Shown here piece after piece: positions 56,794 through 64,000 of a stretch of 64,000 nt of DNA; positions within the stretch are counted from its first letter, which is position 1; each line of letters opens with the position of its first letter. Both the position numbers and the translations under genes were made by a program. This DNA is from Bacteroidales bacterium. Lineage in GTDB: Bacteria > Bacteroidota > Bacteroidia > Bacteroidales > UBA10428. The notes beneath the pieces were generated by a model that saw only the letters and a program-made list of their open reading frames with translations, did no database searches and had not been told where the DNA came from. Where the stretch lies: NCBI GenBank assembly GCA_016935355.1, contig JAFGRC010000172.1:7091-71090 (forward strand), read 5' to 3'.

Positions 56794-59700
56794 ATGAAGA
56801 AAAAAAACATAATGAATATTCGTGTGATGATCCTGGTAATCATCATGATATCAACCGGTATGATGCTGCATGCAGCGGTCATTATTGGCAATCTGCAGGT
56901 GGAATATACCCGGAATCCCATCGGTATTGATGTGAATCAACCCCGTTTCAGCTGGCAGATGGTCACAACTGCAGGCGAACGGGGATATCTGCAGGATGCC
57001 TACCAGATCGTTGTTAAGGATCCTGATGGCAAGGTTCATTGGGACACAAGGAAAGTGACGGGAAACGAATCCGTAGCCATTAACTATGCAGGCAATCCCC
57101 TTCAGGCGGCAACAAGATACACATGGACCGTAACCGTATGGGATCAGACAGGAAGTGCGGCGTCTGCGAGCTCCTGGTTCGAGACGGGACTGATGGACCC
57201 GAGCCCGGATTTATCAGCCTGGGAAGGAGCAACATGGATCGGTGGCGGAGATGATGAGCTTGTATTCTGTTCCCACTACCTCCCGATTTTTAACCTGCAA
57301 TATGACATAACAATAGAGCAGGGCAGCACAAAGGCTGCTTTTATACTTGGTGCAAACGATATCAGGCTGATGGACAAAAACAAAAATGTTTTTCAGGTTG
57401 AAAGTGGAATAAATGAAAGTTATATCAAAATAGAACTTGACATTTCCACAGTTGACGAATACAGTCAGGGTAAAGCAAAACTGAATGTATACCGTATGGG
57501 GTATTCGGATCAGGATGCTCCGGACAAACCCCTGCAGAGCTTTGATATACTGAATTCGGTAATAAACAATGGAAACAAAAATGATAAACACACTTTTGAG
57601 ATTGCAGGAGTCTTTGGAAGGTATTCCGCTTCTCTTGATGGCATCGCTGCATTTGCAGCGGAAGTGCAGAGTGCTTCGGAACAGGTCCCCGGTGGAGGAC
57701 CGCAGGGTGGCCAGGGTGGCGGAAACGTGAGTGTTAATGTGAATCCAATGGGTTCCGGCGGTAATGTAATCACTTTCGGATACCTTTGTGATATCGGTTT
57801 TTCGGTTGATCCCGGACAGGTTGCCTCTTTTTCGGATGTGAAAGTCATAAACAACCGGTTCCCGAGCAACGTCCTGTTCAGCGAAGATTTGTCAGGTCCT
57901 TCCTATGAGGGTATTTATGCCCGGTATGCAGAAAAAACGGGTTCAGGACTTGCCATAAGCAACGGAAGCTATGTTGTGACGGGAGGATCAGACGGTTTGT
58001 TGGTCGTTTCCAATCCCAGCAGGAATTCCACGCCCATGTTGCGCACCGAATTTCCGGTAATGGACAAGACCGTTTCCGGAGCACGTCTTTACGTGACTTC
58101 ACGGGGAATTTATGAGGTTTATCTGAACGGTTCAAAAGTAGGGGATGATCATTATAATCCCGGACTGACACAATACAACAAAACACATTTTTACCAGACC
58201 TATGATGTTACCGGTATGATCAATACAGGCGGGAATGCTCTCGGGGCCATGCTGGGTGAGGGATGGTGGAGCGGACTGTTAAGCTACGGCTCAATCTGGA
58301 ACCATTTCGGTGACCGGCAGTCATTACTGGCCAAGCTGGTCATTACTTACCAGGACGGAACAAAAGATGTCATAACCACAAATGATAAAAACTGGAAATA
58401 CTACAATGACGGTCCTGTTGTATACAGCAGTCTTGATCTGGGTGAAATCTATGATGCCCGGCGCGAGTCTGCTGTCAATGGATGGAGCACGGCAGGATAT
58501 AATGACAGCAAATGGAAGTATGCCTTGGCTGTCCCGTTGGAAGGCACTGCATACGTTGGTACCTTTGAAGGCCGTGGTGGTGAAACGACAAGCTTCAACC
58601 ATAACGAAATGTCCCTGCTGGGACAGATCGGCAACAATGCAGGTGTTTTTACCGTGCTGACAGCAAAAAGTGTTGAAGAAGTACGTGAAGGTGTGTATGT
58701 GTATAACATGGGCCAGAATTTTGTCGGTGTCCCGAGAATTACAATTGCAGGCGGAAAAGCAGGGAATAAACTGGTGCTCAGGGTGGCTGAAATGCTTTAT
58801 CCCGACCTGGAGGAATCCGGCAATAATGTAGGGATGATCATGCGTGAAAATTACCGTGCTGCCCTGAGTCAGGATATATACATCATGAAAGACGGAGAAC
58901 AGGTCTTTCAGCCCCGTTTTACTTCTCATGGTTATCAATACATTGAGATCACGGGTATTGATGAGCCCCTTCCGCTGGAAGCTGTCCAGGGCATAGTAAT
59001 CAGTTCCGTGAGGGAGCTGACGGCAAACTATAACACCTCCAATCCGAAAGTCAATCAACTGTGGTCCAATCTCGTGTGGTCCAATATCGATAATTTCCTT
59101 ACCATACCGACTGATTGTCCCCAGCGCAATGAGCGGATGGGCTGGTCGGGCGACATCAATGTATTTTCACGTACCGCTACTTATGTGTCAAATTCGGATC
59201 AGTTCCTGACACGGCATCTCTATGCAATGCGGGATGTGCAGACTGATGCAGGCAGATTCACGGATGTTGCACCTGTCGGAGGCGGATTTGGCGGAGTACT
59301 TTGGGGAAGCGCCGGAATCGTAATACCCTGGGAGGTTTACCAGCAATACAATGACATTGACATTCTGGCCGGGCATTACGATGCAATGGTTGCGTATATT
59401 GACTACCTTGAAACAACAATCGATCCTGAAACAGGTCTGAGTACCGACAACAGATTAGGTGATTGGCTTGGTACACAAAACACTATACTTGGAACGGATT
59501 ACCTTGTGACGGTTTATCATATCTTTGACCTCTGGATCATGGCCAATGTCGCTGAAATCCTTGGCAAGAAAGAAGATGCAGCAAGATTCCGAAACATGCA
59601 TACCGACCGTAAGGAGTTTTTTAACAGGACTTTCATCAATGCAGACCATAAAACACTGAGTATGCAGAGACCGGGACGGAATGATCCGCCGGATACACCC

Positions 59701-60453
59701 AATGAATGGAGGATAGCCGATACACAGACTTCCTATGCAGTTGGACTGGCTCTTGGTGCATTCAGCGATGAAAATATTCCTTACATGGCGGAAAATCTGG
59801 CTGAAGCGGTCAGTCGGCAAAATGAGGACGATGGGGGTGTTATCAGGCCTGAATATTCACTGATGACAGGATTTATAGGAACGGCCTGGATCAGCAAAGC
59901 GCTTTCTGATCATGGTTACAGTGATCTGGCCTACAGATTGCTTCAAAACGATCAATATCCGTCATGGCTATACCCGGTGAATCAGGGTGCTACCTCCATA
60001 TGGGAACGTTTGAACGGATATACTGTGGAAGAAGGATTCGGAGGCAACAACGGTATGAATTCATTCAACCATTATTCTTTCGGGGCCGTGGGTCAGTGGA
60101 TGCTGGCCTACTCCCTGGGTATACAGCGTGACGAACCGGGATTTAAAAGGTTCATCCTGCAGCCTGAACCGGATCCGACAGGCGAAATGACCCGGGCTGA
60201 AGGTTACTATGATTCCATGTACGGAAGGATCAGCAGTGCCTGGACTATCAGCAACGGCAGCCTGACCTATAACGCGACCATACCGGCAAATACCACCGCT
60301 ACGCTATTTCTTCCGGCTTCATCGGAAGATGCCGTTCAGGAAGGCGGTATGAAGGCTTCATCAGCTCCGGGAGTAAAATTTATCAGGTTTGAAAACGGAA
60401 AGGCTGTTTATGAACTGGCATCAGGTTCATATCAATTCAATGTATATCTTTGA
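56794..60453 (+). CDS. GH78 alpha-L-rhamnosidase (1219 aa) with a roughly 260-aa N-terminal insertion
   Basis: The N-terminal domain motifs are LQVEYTRNPIGID..PRFSW and ARLYVTSRGIYEVYLNGSKVGD. The catalytic (alpha/alpha)6 motifs are DCPQRNERMGWSGD and GATSIWERL. It has a signal peptide. Confidence 0.9.
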   Translation: MKKKNIMNIRVMILVIIMISTGMMLHAAVIIGNLQVEYTRNPIGIDVNQPRFSWQMVTTAGERGYLQDAYQIVVKDPDGKVHWDTRKVTGNESVAINYAGNPLQAATRYTWTVTVWDQTGSAASASSWFETGLMDPSPDLSAWEGATWIGGGDDELVFCSHYLPIFNLQYDITIEQGSTKAAFILGANDIRLMDKNKNVFQVESGINESYIKIELDISTVDEYSQGKAKLNVYRMGYSDQDAPDKPLQSFDILNSVINNGNKNDKHTFEIAGVFGRYSASLDGIAAFAAEVQSASEQVPGGGPQGGQGGGNVSVNVNPMGSGGNVITFGYLCDIGFSVDPGQVASFSDVKVINNRFPSNVLFSEDLSGPSYEGIYARYAEKTGSGLAISNGSYVVTGGSDGLLVVSNPSRNSTPMLRTEFPVMDKTVSGARLYVTSRGIYEVYLNGSKVGDDHYNPGLTQYNKTHFYQTYDVTGMINTGGNALGAMLGEGWWSGLLSYGSIWNHFGDRQSLLAKLVITYQDGTKDVITTNDKNWKYYNDGPVVYSSLDLGEIYDARRESAVNGWSTAGYNDSKWKYALAVPLEGTAYVGTFEGRGGETTSFNHNEMSLLGQIGNNAGVFTVLTAKSVEEVREGVYVYNMGQNFVGVPRITIAGGKAGNKLVLRVAEMLYPDLEESGNNVGMIMRENYRAALSQDIYIMKDGEQVFQPRFTSHGYQYIEITGIDEPLPLEAVQGIVISSVRELTANYNTSNPKVNQLWSNLVWSNIDNFLTIPTDCPQRNERMGWSGDINVFSRTATYVSNSDQFLTRHLYAMRDVQTDAGRFTDVAPVGGGFGGVLWGSAGIVIPWEVYQQYNDIDILAGHYDAMVAYIDYLETTIDPETGLSTDNRLGDWLGTQNTILGTDYLVTVYHIFDLWIMANVAEILGKKEDAARFRNMHTDRKEFFNRTFINADHKTLSMQRPGRNDPPDTPNEWRIADTQTSYAVGLALGAFSDENIPYMAENLAEAVSRQNEDDGGVIRPEYSLMTGFIGTAWISKALSDHGYSDLAYRLLQNDQYPSWLYPVNQGATSIWERLNGYTVEEGFGGNNGMNSFNHYSFGAVGQWMLAYSLGIQRDEPGFKRFILQPEPDPTGEMTRAEGYYDSMYGRISSAWTISNGSLTYNATIPANTTATLFLPASSEDAVQEGGMKASSAPGVKFIRFENGKAVYELASGSYQFNVYL

Positions 60454-60508
60454 AATATGAAATCCGGCGAAGTTATTCGGCTCCGCCGGAATAACAAATG
60501 AAAATAAA

Positions 60509-61219
60509 ATGATTAACAGGGTATTTATAACGGGACTGGTATTTTTAACCATGCAAATATGTTCACGTGCCCAGGAAGCAGGGACATTTGTTGTGAAACC
60601 AGGCGAATCCATTGCAGATGTGCTTACAAATGAAGAAATTTATAAATATCCTGAATTTATCCAGGGGAAAGTATTGTTTACAAGTGGAACATATATTGAG
60701 GCCATGCTTAATTACAATAAGGTTCTCGGAGAAATGCAATTCATCAATAACAAAAGCGATACCCTGGTTATAGCCAACAACAATGAAATAAACCTGATCA
60801 GTTTATCGGAAGATACATTTTTTTACGACGATGGCTATCTGGAACTGGTTGCGGGCAGCGATAACATCCAGCTTCTGGTAAGGAACTACGTAAGACTAAG
60901 GGATGTCAAGAAACAGGGAGCATATGGCACAACCAGCTCCACCGGATCTGCTGATAATTATACTTCAATCAGCTCAGGAGATAATGCCGGTACATACCAG
61001 CTGAAATCCAGTCAGGAAATGGTATATTCATTTGTTGTGGAATATTATTTCAGAAGCGGCAATATGGAATGTCTGGAAGCGAGGAAGAATAAGCTGCTGA
61101 AACGCTATCCTGAGCATAAGAAAGAAATTAAAGAATTCATCAAGGAAGAATCTGTTAATTTCAACAGGAGGGATGATCTGGTCAGGCTTACGCTTTATTT
61201 ACAAAATGTGATAAATTGA
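60509..61219 (+). CDS. Hypothetical secreted protein (236 aa) between the two GH78 genes
   Basis: The signal peptide is MINRVFITGLVFLTMQICSRAQ. I recognise no family. It shows weak similarity to the ORF at 1220-1933. Confidence 0.6.
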   Translation: MINRVFITGLVFLTMQICSRAQEAGTFVVKPGESIADVLTNEEIYKYPEFIQGKVLFTSGTYIEAMLNYNKVLGEMQFINNKSDTLVIANNNEINLISLSEDTFFYDDGYLELVAGSDNIQLLVRNYVRLRDVKKQGAYGTTSSTGSADNYTSISSGDNAGTYQLKSSQEMVYSFVVEYYFRSGNMECLEARKNKLLKRYPEHKKEIKEFIKEESVNFNRRDDLVRLTLYLQNVIN

Positions 61220-61265
61220 TATCGGAAACTGAAATAAGGATTCTTTATAACAAATAATCCGGACC

Positions 61266-64000
61266 ATGAGACTTATGAAGATATATGTGTTTTTAACAGC
61301 ACTTATTTTACTGCCGGTCGTGTCGTGTAATACCGGGAATACATCCTTTATTGCTCCCGTGAGCCTGACATGCGAATACCTTGTCAATCCTCCGGTCGTG
61401 GATGTGCTTCAACCCCGGCTTTCCTGGATCAACACGGCAACGGCTGGTAATCGCGGGCAATACCAGACTGCCTACCAGGTACAGGCAGCAAGTACTGAAG
61501 ATTTGCTTACCATGAATGAGCCCGATCTGTGGGACTCCGATAAGGTTGATTCGGATCAGTCAATCCTTGTCAGTTACCGGGGATTACCGCTGGAATCAAG
61601 GCAGGAATGCTGGTGGCGGGTGCGGGTATGGGATCGTTCCGGGGTTGTTTCGGGATGGAGTGAACCTGCATACTGGGGCATGGGTTTGCTGGATCCGGAG
61701 GAATGGACGGCAACCTGGATCGGAGCTCCCTGGCAGGGCGAAGAACCGTTGCCTGATCCTGTGCGCAATGAAGAAAGACGGCAGGTGCTTCCGGAATTCC
61801 CCCCGCCGGCTCCTATGCTGAGAAAAGCATTTGAAGTCAACAAGGAAGTGGTGGCCGCAAAGGCTTATGTAACCGGACTGGGATATTTTGAGCTTTATGT
61901 GAACGGTGAAAAGGTCAGTGAGGATGTGCTGGTGCCGAACCAGACCAATTACGGAAAGCGACCCGGGTTGATGAATAATGGTATTGCGGTTGAGGATGAT
62001 TTCAGGGAATACAGGGTGATGTACATGTGTTATGATATAAAAGACTTGCTTCAGGATGGAGGGAACGTGATTGGTGCCATCCTCGGAAACGGTTTTTATA
62101 ATGCACCGATCAACTGGACTGAATCATACGGTACACCGAGGTTTCTGGGGCAGATTTATATAACCTATGCTGACGGGACAGAAGAGGTCATTGTTAGCGA
62201 TCAAAGCTGGAAAGCTTCTCAAAGTCCGATAGTGATGGATCTGATCTACCAGGGCGAACATTATGATGCCCGGTTGGAGCAACCGGGATGGTGTACACCG
62301 GGTTTTGACGATTCATCATGGGAGCTGGCCATTGTAAGAAAAGCACCTGAAGGGATCATGAAAGCGCATATGGCGACACCCGACCGTATCATGGAGCGAC
62401 TGGAGCCCGTTGCAATCGAAAAGCTGGAAGACGGTCATTACAGGATTGATTTCGGACAGGAGATCTCAGGCTGGCTGAATATTTCAGGAGCCAGGGGGGA
62501 AGCCGGACAAAAGATCGATATCAGGTACCTCGAAAATGATAGTGTTACTGCTGGCAGCGGTGCTAATTCCTTTACCTGCAGTGGAGGTGGACCGGAATCC
62601 TATGCGCCGCGCTTTACCTGGTTCGTTTTCAGATATGTGGAGCTTACCAACTGGCCGGGTGAACTTGGTGTGGATCAGCTGAAAGCAGAGGCTGTTTATA
62701 CAGATATTAAAACCACGGGGAAATTTGAATGTTCCAATACATTGTTCAACGACATTAACCGGATCTGGTGGCGCAGCCAGACCGATAACATGCATGGCAG
62801 CATTGCAAGCGACTGCCCCCACCGTGAACGGTCGCCCTACACGGGTGACGGACAGGTTGCCTGTGTCACGGTAATGCACAATTTTGATGCAGGGGCCTTT
62901 TATAACAAATGGATCCAGGATATCCTGGGAGCACAAAATATTGAAACCGGATACGTTCCCAATGGAGCGCCCTGGCAGCCGGGTTGCGGCGGGGGTGTAG
63001 CCTGGGGGGCTGCTATAAACATCATGCCCTGGGAGTTTTACCTGCATTACGGTGACCTTGACATGCTTGAATACACCTATGAAGGCATGAAAGGATATGT
63101 CCGCTATATGCTGACATGGACAGATGAAGATGGTATCATGTTTTCGCAACGGACAGGGAATAATGGTCAACCCCTGCGATGGTTTAACCTGGGAGACTGG
63201 GCACCGGCCGCGGAACTGCCTCCTGATGATATGGTGCATACTTTTTACCTGTGGCGTTGCGCAGATCTTACAGCACAGACAGCAAGAGCTCTGGGGTATA
63301 CGGATGAAGCGGAGGAATTTTCCGGACTTGCTGAAAAGACCAGGCTGGCCTTTCAAAAGAAGTTCTATTATGAAGAGAATGGTACTTACGGCCCTTTCGG
63401 CGGAAATATCTTTGCGCTGAGAATGGGTGTTCCACACGATCAGGAGACAAAGGTAATTGAAGCATTAAAAGAAGATATTGCTGCAGGTGACGGCCATCTT
63501 GATACAGGCATATTTGGCACTCAGTTCTTTTTTGAAGTTCTTTCCGATTACGGTATGCATGATCTTGCATACGAGGCTATGAATAAAAAAACGGAGCCTT
63601 CATACGGATGGTGGATCGAGCAGGGTGCCACGACAACATGGGAACAATGGTCGGGAAGAGGTTCACGCAACCATCCCATGTTCGGCGGAGGGCTTGTATG
63701 GTTGTACAGAAAACTGGCAGGTATGAATGCCGATCCGGAACATCCGGGTTATAAACATATTATCTACAAACCTCAACCTGTTGCTGATGTCACTTATACT
63801 TCATATACCAATCTTACTCCATATGGCACGGCAGGAATTGACTGGAATTTGAGGAAGGGTAAAATTACTGTTAATGTGACCGTACCGGTTGGATGTATTG
63901 CTACTGTTTATGTTCCTGCAGACGAAGGTGCGGATGTAAGAGAAAGCGGTAAAAGGATCAGGGACGATTCTGAAAATGTGACTTTCGTGAAAATTGAAGA
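61266..64000 (+). CDS. GH78 alpha-L-rhamnosidase, probable lipoprotein, 3'-truncated by the window edge (not in the supplied ORF track)
   Basis: Hand translation from the ATG at 61266 gives MRLMKIYVFLTALILLPVVSCNTG...LTCEYLVNP..VDVLQPRLSWI...CWWRVRVWD. Further downstream are AYVTGLGYFELYVNGEKV and DCPHRERSPYTGDG (about 62811). The frame stays open to base 64000. Confidence 0.88.
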   Translation, partial: MRLMKIYVFLTALILLPVVSCNTGNTSFIAPVSLTCEYLVNPPVVDVLQPRLSWINTATAGNRGQYQTAYQVQAASTEDLLTMNEPDLWDSDKVDSDQSILVSYRGLPLESRQECWWRVRVWDRSGVVSGWSEPAYWGMGLLDPEEWTATWIGAPWQGEEPLPDPVRNEERRQVLPEFPPPAPMLRKAFEVNKEVVAAKAYVTGLGYFELYVNGEKVSEDVLVPNQTNYGKRPGLMNNGIAVEDDFREYRVMYMCYDIKDLLQDGGNVIGAILGNGFYNAPINWTESYGTPRFLGQIYITYADGTEEVIVSDQSWKASQSPIVMDLIYQGEHYDARLEQPGWCTPGFDDSSWELAIVRKAPEGIMKAHMATPDRIMERLEPVAIEKLEDGHYRIDFGQEISGWLNISGARGEAGQKIDIRYLENDSVTAGSGANSFTCSGGGPESYAPRFTWFVFRYVELTNWPGELGVDQLKAEAVYTDIKTTGKFECSNTLFNDINRIWWRSQTDNMHGSIASDCPHRERSPYTGDGQVACVTVMHNFDAGAFYNKWIQDILGAQNIETGYVPNGAPWQPGCGGGVAWGAAINIMPWEFYLHYGDLDMLEYTYEGMKGYVRYMLTWTDEDGIMFSQRTGNNGQPLRWFNLGDWAPAAELPPDDMVHTFYLWRCADLTAQTARALGYTDEAEEFSGLAEKTRLAFQKKFYYEENGTYGPFGGNIFALRMGVPHDQETKVIEALKEDIAAGDGHLDTGIFGTQFFFEVLSDYGMHDLAYEAMNKKTEPSYGWWIEQGATTTWEQWSGRGSRNHPMFGGGLVWLYRKLAGMNADPEHPGYKHIIYKPQPVADVTYTSYTNLTPYGTAGIDWNLRKGKITVNVTVPVGCIATVYVPADEGADVRESGKRIRDDSENVTFVKIE

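Noticed and set aside
58324-59058. 244-aa minus-strand ORF inside the first GH78 gene
   Set aside because: It is antisense to a strongly supported 1219-aa rhamnosidase ORF and has no recognisable motifs. This is a typical shadow ORF.
62484-63437. 317-aa ORF on the minus strand (also 63268-63570 on the minus strand and 63124-63420 on the plus strand)
   Set aside because: It lies entirely inside, and antisense or out of frame to, the well-supported GH78 gene starting at 61266, which carries DCPHRERSPYTGDG and other family motifs. Its sequence is low-complexity and Cys/Arg-rich, as expected of a shadow ORF.
1-64000. A scan for CRISPR arrays, IS elements or transposases, integrases, phage genes and toxin-antitoxin or other known defence genes
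   Set aside because: I saw no direct-repeat/spacer periodicity and no transposase or integrase-like ORFs. The only repeats seen are short hairpins, the 103-bp inverted-repeat element and protein-level repeats.

Overview
This window is a chromosomal segment from a member of the Bacteroidota. The evidence is a SusC/SusD pair, TAnnTTTG-type promoter boxes, lipoprotein-rich glycan genes, and tuf absent from the str operon.

Layout:
- (i) 1-3.2 kb: four small secreted or hypothetical genes.
- (ii) 3.3-21.6 kb: a complete, tightly packed str-S10-spc-alpha ribosomal supercluster, rpsL through rplQ. It includes secY, map, infA and rpoA. Two short genes missing from the ORF track were found by eye: rpmD at 15109-15285 and rpmJ at 18148-18264.
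- (iii) 21.7-26.8 kb: a convergent signalling pair. One gene is a periplasmic beta-propeller/Y_Y_Y sensor fused to a PP2C/SpoIIE phosphatase. The other is a hybrid histidine kinase whose ATP-binding boxes look degenerate.
- (iv) 26.9-41.0 kb: ten co-directional envelope genes. These are two secreted unknowns, a TPR protein, a GT2 fused to a WbaP-like scaffold with a shortened phosphoglycosyl-transferase domain, four tandem TPR/PD40-propeller paralogs with swapped C-terminal modules, and a GNAT.
- (v) 41-45.3 kb: housekeeping genes (HsdR_N-domain protein, holA, rhomboid, class IV aminotransferase-like, YqgE/AlgH).
- (vi) 45.4-64 kb: a rhamnose/rhamnoside utilisation region with rhaT, rhaA, an FGGY kinase, an ECF sigma/anti-sigma pair, SusC/SusD and two GH78 alpha-L-rhamnosidases. 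The last GH78 is cut by the window edge and is absent from the ORF track.

Most interesting observations:
- The four-paralog array, whose full-length members have the PorE (PG1058)-like architecture TPR, propeller, CRD, OmpA_C, together with the locus around it.
- An unrecognised roughly 65-aa helical repeat array with a C-terminal membrane anchor in paralog 1.
- The GT2/PGT-like fusion that lacks the catalytic core.
- The pseudo-kinase-like hybrid histidine kinase.
- A minus-strand intrinsic terminator plus a -7 box between the anti-sigma and susC genes. Together they predict a DonS-like cis-antisense sRNA.

I saw no CRISPR array, rRNA, tRNA, IS element or integrase. All family assignments come from motif recognition by eye; no searches were run.
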